Assembly (NCBI GenBank): GCA_000175855.1
Contig: ACYB01000011.1
Span: 30,001-62,000, forward strand
From: Raphidiopsis brookii D9
Lineage (GTDB): Bacteria > Cyanobacteriota > Cyanobacteriia > Cyanobacteriales > Nostocaceae
Direction of reading: 5' to 3'
Length of the DNA stretch: 32,000 nt
This document shows positions 1-10,094 of this stretch, piece after piece. The translations under genes and the position numbers were made by a program. Numbering within the stretch: position 1 is the stretch's first letter; the number at the start of each line of letters is the position of its first letter. Under the pieces are notes generated by a model that had not been told where the DNA came from, did no database searches, and was given only the letters and a program-made list of their open reading frames with translations.

Positions 1-664
1 TGTGCAAATTGCGACCTTCAGTGGTTGAACCGGGTAGATCTCTGCCATAAGCATCAATATTTTGACCCAAAAGAGTGATTTCTCGATAACCCTGTTGACC
101 CAGAATTTCCATTTCTCCACGAATAGCTTCGGGGGTACGAGACTGCTCCACACCCCGGACATTAGGGACTACACAATAGGTACAACGTTCATTACAACCA
201 TAAATTACGTTCACCCAAGCAGTTACCCGACTATCACGACGGGGCTGGGTAATATCCTCTAAAATGTGTACCTCTTCTGTAGCTACCACTTGATTGCCCG
301 CAAAAACCGAATCCAATAAATCCTGCAAGCGGTTAGCATATTGGGGACCCATAACTAAATCTAATTCTGGCACTCGTCGCAACAAAGCCTGACCTTCTTG
401 TTGTGCCACGCAACCAGCAACAACTAGAGTCAAATCCGGTTCTTGGTGTTTACGTTTGGCCTGTCTACCCAAATAAGAGTAAACTTTTTGTTCTGCATTG
501 TCCCGAATAGTGCAAGTATTATAGACAATCAGATTAGCATTCTGAGGATTTTCTGACCATTCAAAGCCCATATCTTCCAGTATACCAGCCATGCGCTCTG
601 AGTCAGCTTTATTCATTTGGCAACCGAATGTGGTAATGTGATAACGACGAGGTAAACCATTCAT
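1..664 (-). CDS. miaB: tRNA methylthiotransferase MiaB, N-terminal ~221 codons (the 3' part runs off the window start)
   Basis: Absent from the ORF track because it is open at the window edge. Reverse-complement translation from the ATG at 664-662 gives [36 protein letters not shown]...[26 protein letters not shown]. This is an MTTase N-domain followed by the radical-SAM CxxxCxxC motif. Confidence 0.85.
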   Translation of the reverse strand, partial: MNGLPRRYHITTFGCQMNKADSERMAGILEDMGFEWSENPQNANLIVYNTCTIRDNAEQKVYSYLGRQAKRKHQEPDLTLVVAGCVAQQEGQALLRRVPELDLVMGPQYANRLQDLLDSVFAGNQVVATEEVHILEDITQPRRDSRVTAWVNVIYGCNERCTYCVVPNVRGVEQSRTPEAIRGEMEILGQQGYREITLLGQNIDAYGRDLPGSTTEGRNLH

Positions 665-1286
665 AGTAAATTACGCTTAATCAATTTTACTTACTTTACT
701 TACTTTATAGTAGCGAGGAATTAGCAATTAACTTAATATAACCCAATTATTTAGAATGAGGTATTAGCCTGTAAATCAATCTTTCTTTATCACATATATG
801 ATATATTAGTCAATATATCCTAGGGTAGATATTAACTATGTCTTAGGGTAGATGAGAGAGAGAGGAAAACGTTATATCTTCTACATGAGATATAACTAAA
901 GTCTATTCATGGGAATACTCTAGTCAAAGCTGGGTTGTTTTAACAATTGCAGTCAATCAATTATCAAACTCCTTGCTTGCAAAAAACATTAATGACTTCA
1001 AAATACCTCTAAAAGGTCTCTACCTACATAGAAACTGATTAGGGGTATTTTTATTGATAATGATTTAACGAGTTTATTTAAAAGTATGTGGTATCCTAAT
1101 TCAAGATTAATTAATACAATAATCGTCACTTGTCATCAACCAATCATATAAAATATTAAAATAGAAGATAAATCCTTTTGCTATTATAGCTTTAGTCAGA
1201 ATGCTGGGTAAAAGTGAGAGCAGGCGTTTTGACTCATTTTGGGGCTATAAAGCCAAAACAGTTAAGTAGGTTATCAAGCGAATCGC

Positions 1287-3307
1287 ATGAAAAGTAAACA
1301 GAAAAAAGCCAATCAAATACTAACAGGCGTTGCCATACTCAGCATAGTCTTTTCGCCCAGTTTTGTCCTAGCAACCCCACCGCGAAATCCAGACAAAATC
1401 GTTAACTGTGAAATTCTCATTGTAGGTGGTGGACTTTCAGGAATTGCCACAGCTTACGAAAGTTTACTAACAGGGAACACAGTTTGTTTAACTGAAATAA
1501 CTGACTGGTTAGGGGGACAAATTTCCGCCCAGGGTACATCAGCACTAGATGAAAGACCAACCCAACGGATCAAAAGATTTTACTCTCGCGGGTATTTAGA
1601 ATTAAGAGACCGGATTGCCAAAAAATATGGGACAATTAACCCTGGTGACTGTTGGGTAAGCGACTCTTGTTTTCTCCCCGGGGATGGTCATAGGATTCTT
1701 TACCAAATGTTGCAAGATGCACAAAACAAAGGAAGAGGAAAATTACACTTTTTTCCCAATACCGTGGTTAAAGATCTAGAGATTTCTCAAAATGGTAAGA
1801 TCATTAACAGCGCGATCGCAATTCAACATCAACCAGCGAAAAATGCACCACCGCTGAATACATTCCCCCTATCTCAGACCATAGAGGATTCTTACAGTTA
1901 TAAAAACTCATCCAGCTTGGATAAAACCATTATCCGTTTTGTTCCCAAAACATCCCCAAAAACCAAACAATGGTATATTGTGGATGCTACTGAAACTGGG
2001 GAAATTATTGCTCTAGCAGATGTACCCTATCGTCTGGGAGTGGATCCCATTTCCTATCTGGAACCTTCATCTTCCAGTACCACAGGGGATCCCTATTGTA
2101 CGCAAGGTTTTACCTACACCTTTGCCATGGAGGCCACAAAAGAGCCACAAAACCAAACCATGCCAGCATTTTATCCCCAATATGCTCCCTATTTTAGCTA
2201 TGAACTACCTAGATTAGCCAACTTTGATTTAGTTTTCACCTATCGTCGTATTTGGAGTCCCCAAACAGGTCCATGGAGTACATTTGGTGGAATTAATTTT
2301 ACCACTCCCACTCCTGGAGATATATCCATGCAGAACTGGACTTGGGGTAATGACTACCGTCCAGGAACAGCGCAGGATAATTTAATTTATACTCGCCAAC
2401 AGTTAGAAGCCACAGGTCAATTGAACCCAGGTGGATGGATAGGAGGAATGAGAACGGAAACTCTCCGCAAAGGAGAGGAAAATGCCTTTGCTTATTATTA
2501 CTGGCTAGTAGCGGGAAATACGGACAGTTTACTGGGTGAAAACATCAAACAACCCCAACCAAATCACATTTTATTAACTGGTTTCAATTCACCCATGGGA
2601 ACTGGACATGGTTTATCAAAATATCCTTATATGAGGGAGGGAAGACGAATTATTGGTCGTCCTAGTTGGGGACAACCGCAAGGGTTTGGTATTTGGGAAG
2701 TGGATATTTCTCGTCGCAATTACAATGATGAATATTACCGCAAAACCCTGTCATCAGATATGTATCGTCAGTTGAAAGCAACCCTTGCAGGGTTAGAAGC
2801 AATTTCTGTGATTACAGGTAAACTACCATCAGATAGGATAGTAAATCGTAGTCGCTCCACAATTTTTCCAGATTCAGTAGGTATTGGACATTATGCTATA
2901 GATTTTCATCCTTGTATGGATAAAAGTCCACCAGAAGCACCAGGTAATATAGAACGTCCTGGAGAAAGAAGGGGTGCTGGTTATGCTTATCCTTTTCAAA
3001 TTGCACTGCGAGCAATGATTCCTCAAAAAATTGATAATTTAATAGTTGGGGTAAAAGTATTGCTACTAGTCACATCGCTGCTGCTGCTTATCGAGTCCAT
3101 TCTTTTGAATGGTCATCCGGTGCTGCTGCTGGGACTATAGCAAGTTTTGCACTTAGGGAAAGTATATTTCCTTATGAGTTGGTTGATAATTTACCGAGGT
3201 TTGAACCTAAGTTACAGATGCTCAGGAAAATTCTCGACCGGAATGGAAATCCAACTGCTTTTCCTGATACTTCGATTTTTAATCAAAGTTGGGAAGATTG
3301 GAGATAG
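1287..3307 (+). pseudogene. Secreted FAD-dependent oxidoreductase (FAD_oxidored-like), interrupted by a -1 frame break near 3046-3051
   Basis: N-terminal signal-like segment, then the dinucleotide-binding motif ILIVGGGLSGIATAYE. The track ORF ends at 3140 in an unnatural LLLVTSLLLLIESILL tail. From 3050 the -1 frame reads GKSIATSHIAAAAYRVHSFEWSSGAAAGTIASFALRE...WEDWR, with a stop at 3305-3307. That is the expected C-terminal FAD-binding segment. Confidence 0.75.
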
Positions 3308-3318
3308 GTGGTTCAGAT

Positions 3319-5736
3319 TCACTCACCGTGGATTAATTGCTGAAATCTGGTGTCATTGTTAATGTCATCAAAGTCTATATCACCCGCAGCGTCTTCCCTA
3401 TAACTGGGTTTATGTTTAATGGCTTGTTGCAAATTTACCAGAGCTAATTCTACATTCTTTTGTAGTGCATAACAGGCTGATTTATGATATAGAGCGCTAC
3501 CGTAGTCTGGATTCAGTTCCAGCGCTTTGTTAAAGTTAGTAATTGCTTCCTCGTCTCTTCCTAATCTGACTAGTGTGTAACCTCTTTTATCCCAAATTTT
3601 AAAGGAACTGGGTTGGATTTCTAGTGCTTTATCAAAGGAAGATATGGCCTCCTCGTAATTTTCTAATTCCACCAGGGATAAACCACGATTCAACCAAGCA
3701 ACACTCTCTTCCGGTTTGATTTCTGTGGCTTTATTAAAACAATTAAAAGCTTCTTGGTGTTTACCTAGTTTACCACAGGTAATACCAATATCGAACCATC
3801 CTTGGTAGTGTGCTGGATTAATTCTAATTACTTGATTATAGGCTCCAATAGCTTCTTTGTATCTTTTTAGTTTATTGAGGATAAAACCACGTTTTAACCA
3901 GTATTCTCCATGATCAGGTTGAATACTGGTAATTTTTTCATAAATGGACAAAGCATCTTCATAACGGTTTTGTGAAAGCAGCTCTTCTGCTTCTTGAATT
4001 TCATGATCAAGATGATTATCAAGATTATTAACAGTCTGAACATCAATAGTATTAGTAGTGTTAGTTTCAGTCTCCACTGATGATAGTGGTGATATATGCT
4101 TTACGGGAGTTTGGGGAGTCATTTGTGATAATTCTTTTAAGGTCTCATACTGGCGGTTTTCCGCATCCAGTTGCAATTTTTTCAGTTGTTCAACAAATTG
4201 AGATTCTAACTTTTCTAGTTTTGCCAGTCGTGCTATCAAAGTTGCTTTTTGATGATCGACATCAGTTTTAATATCTGATTTCATAACTGACAGTTCAGAC
4301 ATAAACTCTGAGATTAACTGCTCAACGGAATTTTGTGAGGTTTGAAAGAATTTGCGGTGACGTTGCTCAATAGAGTTCTGTAAATCACCAATTTGCTTCT
4401 GGAACCCTAAACCCAAAACTTGTAGATTTTCCAATAGATCAGTTTTTTGTTCCTCTACATCATTGTGAAGGTTGGAAAGCATTTGCTCAACTTCATCAAC
4501 GGATTTTTGCCAATTCTCAATTATTTCTCTTTGACGACTTTCAGTAGTATTCCTTAGTTCTAGCAAGTAGCGAGAAAATTCCGACTGTGATTTTGCTAAA
4601 TCTTTAAAAATATGATCTTTTTGTTTTTGAGTATCAGTTTGTAAATCGATTAATTGTAATGCACTAGTTTGATTTAGATCTGACAAACTGGAGGTAAAGC
4701 TATCTATTTGATTTTGAGCATAGGTTTGAAACTCGGATAGATTACTGGTAAAACCATCCATTTGATTTTGAGCATGGGTTTGAAACTCAGATAGATTACT
4801 GGTAAAACCATCCATTTGATTTTGAGCATGGGTTTGAAACCCAGATAGATTACTGGTAAAACCATCCATTTGTTCCTGAGCGTGGGTTTGAAACTCGGAT
4901 AGATTACTGGTAAACTGTGAAGCGTGTTCAGTGATACTTTGCACAACCTGGGTTTTGCTTTCTAGAGTTTCCAATGCCAAAATCTCAAACTGCTCCATTA
5001 ACTCAGAACGGTACTTATTAATATCACTAACACTTGTATCCCGATGGTTTTCTATAGATAATTTTATTTCCGAGAACTGAGCAAATAACTCCGATTCTAG
5101 TTTTTTGATATTCTCAATAGTTACCCTTTGCTGTTGCGCAGCAAGAGTCACCTGCTCCAATTGAGTATTCAACTTAAATTCCAAACTACTAATATTCTCC
5201 TGAGCAGCTATTACCTCTCTTTCCAAAGCAGTCAAAAATTCCTGCTTCGACTTGGGCAAATCAGATAACAATACAGATAGTTTCCCCCCCTCACCCTCAA
5301 TTGTGGTTTTCAGGTGATTCACCTTTTGTTCTAACTCTAAGGCTAAATCTTGTGAATACTCAATCAAGCCAGTTGTCTTTTGATTAGCAGCAATTAGCTC
5401 CGTCTGCAAGTTTTCTATATTCCCAATTTGTCTCATTGCTCGCTCAACAATATCCCTAATTATAGCCTTTCTCAAAAACCATAGAGTGGCTATTAAACCC
5501 ACCGCAAACAAACTGAGCAATGTCAACCAAATACTCAAATACGACTGTAGTTGCTTCTGAATCTTTGTTTCTGTCCTAAGTCTACTTAATTCTTCCTTTT
5601 CCGCATTTGACAGTAACTGAGCATTTGCAGACAATTCCAAACCTCTAATAGTCAAACCATTACATATCAACAAAGATGACAATAGAATTAAGCTTTTTAA
5701 TGTTAGTCCGGAAAAAGTGAAGTTTTTGCTGTTCAT
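3319..5736 (-). CDS. Membrane-anchored coiled-coil protein with an internal 18-aa tandem repeat and ~6 C-terminal TPR repeats
   Basis: Long ORF. The track start at 5763 is a TTG. The ATG at 5736 follows AGGGA and begins MNSKNFTFSGLTLKSLILLSSLL (signal/TM). A second TM is WLTLLSLFAVGLIATLWF. About 450 aa of heptad-like Q/E/L-rich sequence follow, and the C-terminus carries repeated TPR signatures (W..RG..L..L..Y.EAI..F.KALE..P). Confidence 0.8.
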   Translation of the reverse strand: MNSKNFTFSGLTLKSLILLSSLLICNGLTIRGLELSANAQLLSNAEKEELSRLRTETKIQKQLQSYLSIWLTLLSLFAVGLIATLWFLRKAIIRDIVERAMRQIGNIENLQTELIAANQKTTGLIEYSQDLALELEQKVNHLKTTIEGEGGKLSVLLSDLPKSKQEFLTALEREVIAAQENISSLEFKLNTQLEQVTLAAQQQRVTIENIKKLESELFAQFSEIKLSIENHRDTSVSDINKYRSELMEQFEILALETLESKTQVVQSITEHASQFTSNLSEFQTHAQEQMDGFTSNLSGFQTHAQNQMDGFTSNLSEFQTHAQNQMDGFTSNLSEFQTYAQNQIDSFTSSLSDLNQTSALQLIDLQTDTQKQKDHIFKDLAKSQSEFSRYLLELRNTTESRQREIIENWQKSVDEVEQMLSNLHNDVEEQKTDLLENLQVLGLGFQKQIGDLQNSIEQRHRKFFQTSQNSVEQLISEFMSELSVMKSDIKTDVDHQKATLIARLAKLEKLESQFVEQLKKLQLDAENRQYETLKELSQMTPQTPVKHISPLSSVETETNTTNTIDVQTVNNLDNHLDHEIQEAEELLSQNRYEDALSIYEKITSIQPDHGEYWLKRGFILNKLKRYKEAIGAYNQVIRINPAHYQGWFDIGITCGKLGKHQEAFNCFNKATEIKPEESVAWLNRGLSLVELENYEEAISSFDKALEIQPSSFKIWDKRGYTLVRLGRDEEAITNFNKALELNPDYGSALYHKSACYALQKNVELALVNLQQAIKHKPSYREDAAGDIDFDDINNDTRFQQLIHGE
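4707..4922. repeat. 54-bp tandem repeat, about 4 copies (3 near-identical, 1 diverged), in frame inside the coiled-coil/TPR gene
   Basis: Units at 4707-4760, 4761-4814 and 4815-4868 differ by only 1-3 bases. The unit at 4869-4922 is diverged. On the minus strand each encodes FTSNLSEFQTHAQNQMDG. Confidence 0.95.
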
Positions 5737-5856
5737 GATTTCCCTATAATTATTGCTCTCCAATTGACGGCTAAAATCCTCAAATCAACCCCGTTTCCCA
5801 ACATTGAATTACACTGGAGAGTCGAAGTGTTTTTTTCAACCGTAGGTTTTTGATTT

Positions 5857-6180
5857 ATGAAAACAAGACCATCTCCCATTTATGCAATGGCCCCAGCTCC
5901 CACGGTCACCCCTGACCAAGGAACTCAAGTAATTCGCAAACCCTATCCCAATTATAAGATCATTGTGTTAAATGATGATTTTAATACATTTGAGCATGTG
6001 GCTAAATCTTTAATGAAGTATATTCCGGGAATGACAACTGAACAAGCTTGGGAGCTGACTAACCAGGTACACTATGAGGGACAAGCTATTGTTTGGGTAG
6101 GACCTCAAGAACAAGCAGAACTATACCACCAACAGCTGCGTCGCGCTGGATTGACCATGGCCCCCCTGGAAGCAGCTTAG
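5857..6180 (+). CDS. clpS: ATP-dependent Clp protease adaptor ClpS
   Basis: 107 aa with the core YKIIVLNDDFNTFEHVAKSLMKYIPGMTTEQAWELTNQVHYEGQAIVWVGPQEQAELYHQQLRRAGL, typical of the ClpS family. Confidence 0.9.
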   Translation: MKTRPSPIYAMAPAPTVTPDQGTQVIRKPYPNYKIIVLNDDFNTFEHVAKSLMKYIPGMTTEQAWELTNQVHYEGQAIVWVGPQEQAELYHQQLRRAGLTMAPLEAA

Positions 6181-6185
6181 GTAAT

Positions 6186-6482
6186 ATGAGTAAACTAACA
6201 GATGGTAGACTTGTCTGGAATCATTCTACCCATATCCCCGGACTTATTCCTATTTTAGAACGATTGTGTCAACAAAATGGCATTACTACTGTGACGCCAG
6301 CAGTAATTGGCAGGGTTAGAGGACACGCTCCTAAAATGCAGTTGCGTGTCTCAGTACCAATTCGCGGTGGTTATAAGGTAATTGCACGCCAGGGTAAAAC
6401 CGTACAGGAAGTGTTTATTGTTACCAGTTTACCACAGGAAGAATTGGAAAATGCGATCGCGATCGCTATGAAAACTGCATGA
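6186..6482 (+). CDS. Small conserved hypothetical protein (98 aa), probably co-translated with clpS
   Basis: The ATG at 6186 lies 5 nt after the clpS stop (6178-6180). The track ORF start at 6093 would overlap clpS out of frame. I tentatively remember a DUF2103-type protein downstream of clpS in cyanobacteria but cannot verify that here. Confidence 0.6.
   Translation: MSKLTDGRLVWNHSTHIPGLIPILERLCQQNGITTVTPAVIGRVRGHAPKMQLRVSVPIRGGYKVIARQGKTVQEVFIVTSLPQEELENAIAIAMKTA
6453..6466. repeat. Two overlapping HIP1 octamers (GCGATCGCGATCGC)
   Basis: Exact GCGATCGC at 6453-6460 and 6459-6466. Eight more copies elsewhere are listed in the findings. Confidence 0.95.
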
Positions 6483-6497
6483 GGACTAAACATCACG

Positions 6498-6524
6498 AGA
6501 GGAGTGCTGGGAACTCCTCTTTAT
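6498..6524 (+). terminator. Rho-independent terminator candidate after the clpS/small-ORF pair
   Basis: Perfect 8-bp stem AGAGGAGT (6498-6505) / ACTCCTCT (6513-6520) with a 7-nt loop, followed by TTAT. It starts 16 nt after the stop at 6482. Confidence 0.6.
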
Positions 6525-6552
6525 GATCCTTATGATAGCTTTATAGTAGCTT

Positions 6553-6879
6553 TCAATCAATTTCAACTTTATGGACGGCGAACTTATATAGTGGTAGACT
6601 CAAGATGCAAGAGAAAGTTAAAAAATATGCCAAGGCCGTAGTGATTTTTAGGGTCATTGCTAAACCTTCCCATTCTGAGCTTATGAGAATTTTTTCACAG
6701 GTGAAGGCAATACAATAAACTAACCAGTAGGTAAAGCTCATTCTTAAGAGAACTGCTTCGGTTACCTCGTTTTCATCTGTTTGCTGTTGACTGTTCCTAA
6801 GCAACCATAACCCCATAATACAAGCTATAAAGGAAAGGGCAATGACAAATTGGTGGCAAAAGACATTTGCTAGACACAT
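6553..6879 (-). CDS. Hypothetical small membrane protein (108 aa, about 3-4 hydrophobic helices)
   Basis: ATG-initiated ORF with hydrophobic segments FVIALSFIACIMGLWLL, YWLVYCIAFTC and ALAYFLTFSCILSLPL. No family recognised. Confidence 0.5.
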   Translation of the reverse strand: MCLANVFCHQFVIALSFIACIMGLWLLRNSQQQTDENEVTEAVLLRMSFTYWLVYCIAFTCEKILISSEWEGLAMTLKITTALAYFLTFSCILSLPLYKFAVHKVEID

Positions 6880-6982
6880 TTACCTTTGTTCCTATTTCAA
6901 TCATATTCATACCCGCATTAGTCTAAGGTCATATTCCTGGGGATGACACAAAATAGTAACAAACTGAAATATTTTCCACTTA

Positions 6983-7417
6983 TCATTCACGCGGGTATTC
7001 CCGGTCCAAGATTTGCTCAGGTGTATAAGGGCATTTTTCTGGTAGGTCTAGGTAGTCTAGTGGAGTTTCCCTCACAACTAAATCCTTGCCAGATTCATAC
7101 CCATCAGCAATTAACTCGAATAAGTAAGGTTTAAGACTAGGGTTTTGACTAAGCAGTTTTTGTACAATGCGTCTTTGTTCGCGAATAGTTGCCCTCCAAC
7201 TTTTACTGCGTTTTTCAGCTTGGTACTCCCACTTGAGTAAATGACCCATTAAGATGGCTAGGCGATTTTCTAACTCCCGACGTTCTTGCTTCCCCAATGA
7301 CTCAATTTCCTCTACTAGGTTAATAATATCCAATTGTGGAAAATCGCCTTGTTTAAGTAACCTGGACTGTTTTAGGGTCCACTCGTAAAAGTCGGTTTCA
7401 TAGAGATTGAATCCCAT
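6983..7417 (-). CDS. DUF29 domain-containing protein
   Basis: MGFNLYETDFYEWTLKQSRLLKQGDFPQLDIINLVEEIESLGKQERRELENRLAILMGHLLKWEYQ matches the DUF29 pattern that is abundant in cyanobacteria. The ATG at 7417 is preceded by GGAGG. The track start at 7429 is a GTG. Confidence 0.8.
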   Translation of the reverse strand: MGFNLYETDFYEWTLKQSRLLKQGDFPQLDIINLVEEIESLGKQERRELENRLAILMGHLLKWEYQAEKRSKSWRATIREQRRIVQKLLSQNPSLKPYLFELIADGYESGKDLVVRETPLDYLDLPEKCPYTPEQILDREYPRE

Positions 7418-7467
7418 CCTACCCTCCACAGATCTTTTGGATTTAATTATCTATCCTAATCGCTCAA

Positions 7468-7944
7468 TCAACATTCTTGTTGACACAAGCCAATACTTAT
7501 CCAAGAACTGGAACCATCTTGCCAATACTCTTTTTTCCAAATTGGTGCCTGATGTTTAAGGGTATCTATTGCGTACTGACAAGCAGCAAAGGCTTCACTT
7601 CGGTGGGGAGATCCTATCCCTACTAGGACGCTAACTTCTCCCACTCTCAATTTGCCAATGCGATGATGAATCACTACTCTATTTACATTAGACCATTGAT
7701 GACGAATATGGGCAGCAATTTGGTAAAACACCTGCAAAGCCATAGGTTGGTAAGCCTGATATTCTAATGCTACTACGGGTTTACCATCGGTTTGATTACG
7801 AACAACACCACTCATCAACACAACCGCACCATTGCCCAGGTCTTGAGCAGCAGTATATATTTCTTCTGGTAATAGGGGAGCTAGGGTAATAGCAAAACTG
7901 TCTTCCGCTCTGGGTTTAGTCGGTAAATTAACTAGGGTTTTCAT
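7468..7944 (-). CDS. moaE: Molybdopterin synthase catalytic subunit MoaE
   Basis: 158 aa. LEYQAYQPMALQVFYQIAAHIRHQW...VVIHHRIGKLRVGEVSVLVGIGSPHRSEAFAACQYAIDTLKHQAPIWKKEYW is characteristic of MoaE. Confidence 0.85.
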   Translation of the reverse strand: MKTLVNLPTKPRAEDSFAITLAPLLPEEIYTAAQDLGNGAVVLMSGVVRNQTDGKPVVALEYQAYQPMALQVFYQIAAHIRHQWSNVNRVVIHHRIGKLRVGEVSVLVGIGSPHRSEAFAACQYAIDTLKHQAPIWKKEYWQDGSSSWISIGLCQQEC

Positions 7945-8183
7945 ATTTACTTGGGGAATTGGTGTTTTCAGTTTTTATAGCATTATATTTGGATTTTTCC
8001 TCATGGTAGGTAGTTTATCACCTTATCCAGTGTGACAAATGTCAACTTGGATTTTTCTTCCTCGAGGGGGATTAATAATACACTTAAAAATACTACTAAT
8101 TATACAAGTTACTCAATTTTATATAAATATAGTTAGTAAAAACAGAAATTTGGGGTGGATTATTGGTGATTAAAAAAGAAATC

Positions 8184-10094
8184 ATGAATAACGAAATTAT
8201 AAAAGTTTTGTTAATTGATGCTGCTGAGGATGATTATATTTTAACTCGCAGCTGGTTTAGACAATTCCAGCTGACTACCTGTGATTTAGAATGGGTGAAT
8301 AGTTATCAATTGGCTAGGGAATCCATAGCCCAATACCAACATGATATTTATCTGGTGGACTATTATTTAGAGAGCAATAATGGCTTAAAATTATTGCAGG
8401 AGGCCACGGAAAATGGTTGGAACTTTCCATTTATTCTGTTGGCACGTAAAGAGGATATAAAATCAGATATAGAAGTGATAAAAATTGGAGCGGTCGATTA
8501 TCTCGAAAAAGGTCAATTAACAGCCCCCCTGTTAGAAAAATCCATCCGTTATGCGATTGAAAAAAAACAAAAAGATGAGAAAATTCACCAACAGGAAATC
8601 CTACTGGATGGGTCTAATGATGCTATTTTTATAGCTGATTTAGATTATCAGCACATTTTATTTTGGAATAAAGCCGCAGAACGTGTATATGGTTGGTCCG
8701 CAGAAATAGCAATGACAAAACAAATTCATCACTTATTTTCAGCAGAAAAGTTACCTCAACTTTCTCGAGTGCTTAAAGTGCTAACAAGCTATGGAAATTG
8801 GGAAGGAGAATTGACTCAAATTAATAAGTCTCAGCAAGAGGTAATTGTTGCTAGTCGCTGGAAATTAGTAATGACCTTCAACGGTAAACATCAATCTATT
8901 TTAGTAGTTAATACTGACATTACCCAAAAAAAGCAATTGGAGCAGAAATTTCTACGGGTTCAAAGATTAGAAAGTATTGGTACTTTGGCTAGTGGTATTG
9001 CTCATGATTTAAATAATGTTCTCACCCCAATTTTGATGACGGCACAAATCTTGGAAACTCAAGTCAAAGATGAAAAACCTCGCCAACTCATACCTATATT
9101 AATTGCTAATGCTAAACGCGGAGCAAATTTGGTAAAACAAGTGTTATCTTTTGCTAGAGGTATGGAAGGGGAACGAACTATTTTACAAATAAAACACTTG
9201 CTCATAGAAATTCAGAATGTTATTAAAGAAACATTCCCTCAATCTATTATTCTCACCACTGAAATTCCTCAAAGTCTATGGACTGTCTGTGGTGATGCCA
9301 CCCAATTGCATCAAGTTTTAATGAATTTATGTATCAATGCTCGAGATGCTATGCCCAATGGTGGTACTTTAAGTATTAAATCTGAAAATCTATTGATTGA
9401 TGACCATTATATCCAAACACATACCGATTTGAAACCAGGTGCTTATGTGTTGATTAGTATCAAAGATACGGGTGTGGGTATCAAACCAACCCTCATTGAT
9501 CGGATATTTGAACCTTTCTTCACCACTAAGAATGTTGCTCAGGGTACAGGTTTAGGACTTTCCACAGTTTTGGGGATTGTTAAAGCTCATGGTGGTTTTA
9601 TTAATGTTTACAGTCGAGAAAACAAGGGTAGTGAGTTTCAAGTTTATTTACCAGCTCAAGATACAAGTGAAATTATGGACACCACAGAAATATCCCCTCC
9701 TCGTGGTCAGGGAGAAACCATTTTGGTGGTTGATGATGAACCAGCTATTTGTGAAATAACAAAAGCATCACTAGAAAATTATAACTATCGGGTAATGACC
9801 GCTCATGATGGTATTGAAGCGATCGCCTTATATGTGGAACATCGAGATCAGATATCCCTGATTCTAACTGATATAGTTATGCCATCCATGGATGGATTGA
9901 CCAGTATTCGAACTCTCAAGAAAATTAATCCCCATTTAAAAATTATTGCTTTTAGTGGGTTAGCACCCAGTGATAAAATTAATGCAGCTTATAGTATGGG
10001 TGTAGCAGCATTTTTATGTAAACCTTTTACTGCTACCCAATTATTACAAACCATTAGTGCGGTGAATGGAATAAATAATTTTGCCATCAATTAA
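8184..10094 (+). CDS. Hybrid sensor histidine kinase / response regulator (REC-PAS-HisKA-HATPase-REC)
   Basis: N-terminal receiver ([13 protein letters not shown]...DIYLVDYYL), PAS-like segment, H-box [17 protein letters not shown] boxes ([17 protein letters not shown]) and C-terminal receiver (ILVVDDEP...LILTDIVMP...K). The track start at 8163 is a TTG and the first ATG is at 8184. Confidence 0.9.
   Translation: MNNEIIKVLLIDAAEDDYILTRSWFRQFQLTTCDLEWVNSYQLARESIAQYQHDIYLVDYYLESNNGLKLLQEATENGWNFPFILLARKEDIKSDIEVIKIGAVDYLEKGQLTAPLLEKSIRYAIEKKQKDEKIHQQEILLDGSNDAIFIADLDYQHILFWNKAAERVYGWSAEIAMTKQIHHLFSAEKLPQLSRVLKVLTSYGNWEGELTQINKSQQEVIVASRWKLVMTFNGKHQSILVVNTDITQKKQLEQKFLRVQRLESIGTLASGIAHDLNNVLTPILMTAQILETQVKDEKPRQLIPILIANAKRGANLVKQVLSFARGMEGERTILQIKHLLIEIQNVIKETFPQSIILTTEIPQSLWTVCGDATQLHQVLMNLCINARDAMPNGGTLSIKSENLLIDDHYIQTHTDLKPGAYVLISIKDTGVGIKPTLIDRIFEPFFTTKNVAQGTGLGLSTVLGIVKAHGGFINVYSRENKGSEFQVYLPAQDTSEIMDTTEISPPRGQGETILVVDDEPAICEITKASLENYNYRVMTAHDGIEAIALYVEHRDQISLILTDIVMPSMDGLTSIRTLKKINPHLKIIAFSGLAPSDKINAAYSMGVAAFLCKPFTATQLLQTISAVNGINNFAIN

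Noticed and set aside
62-262. 66-aa plus-strand ORF from the track
   Set aside because: It lies fully antisense to the strongly supported miaB reading frame (radical-SAM motif region), so it is a shadow ORF.
2020-2217. 65-aa ORF in an alternative frame inside the oxidoreductase gene
   Set aside because: It is embedded in a longer homologous CDS on the same strand and has no recognisable features.
3147-3362. 71-aa ORF after the oxidoreductase stop
   Set aside because: It is in the original frame (the one that ends at 3140). The conserved C-terminal oxidoreductase sequence is read in the -1 frame (3050-3307). The rest of the ORF overlaps the 3' end of the TPR gene.
4080-4946. Track ORFs 4080-4271 (+) and 4704-4946 (-)
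   Set aside because: Both lie inside the 3319-5736 coiled-coil/TPR CDS. The second is an artefact of the 54-bp repeat read in another frame, giving a periodic KWMVLPVIY pattern.
6093-6185. N-terminal extension of the small ORF downstream of clpS
   Set aside because: It would overlap the last 88 nt of clpS out of frame. An ATG at 6186, immediately after the clpS stop, gives a compact 98-aa protein.
6943-7134. 63-aa plus-strand ORF
   Set aside because: It is antisense to the DUF29 gene and has no independent support.
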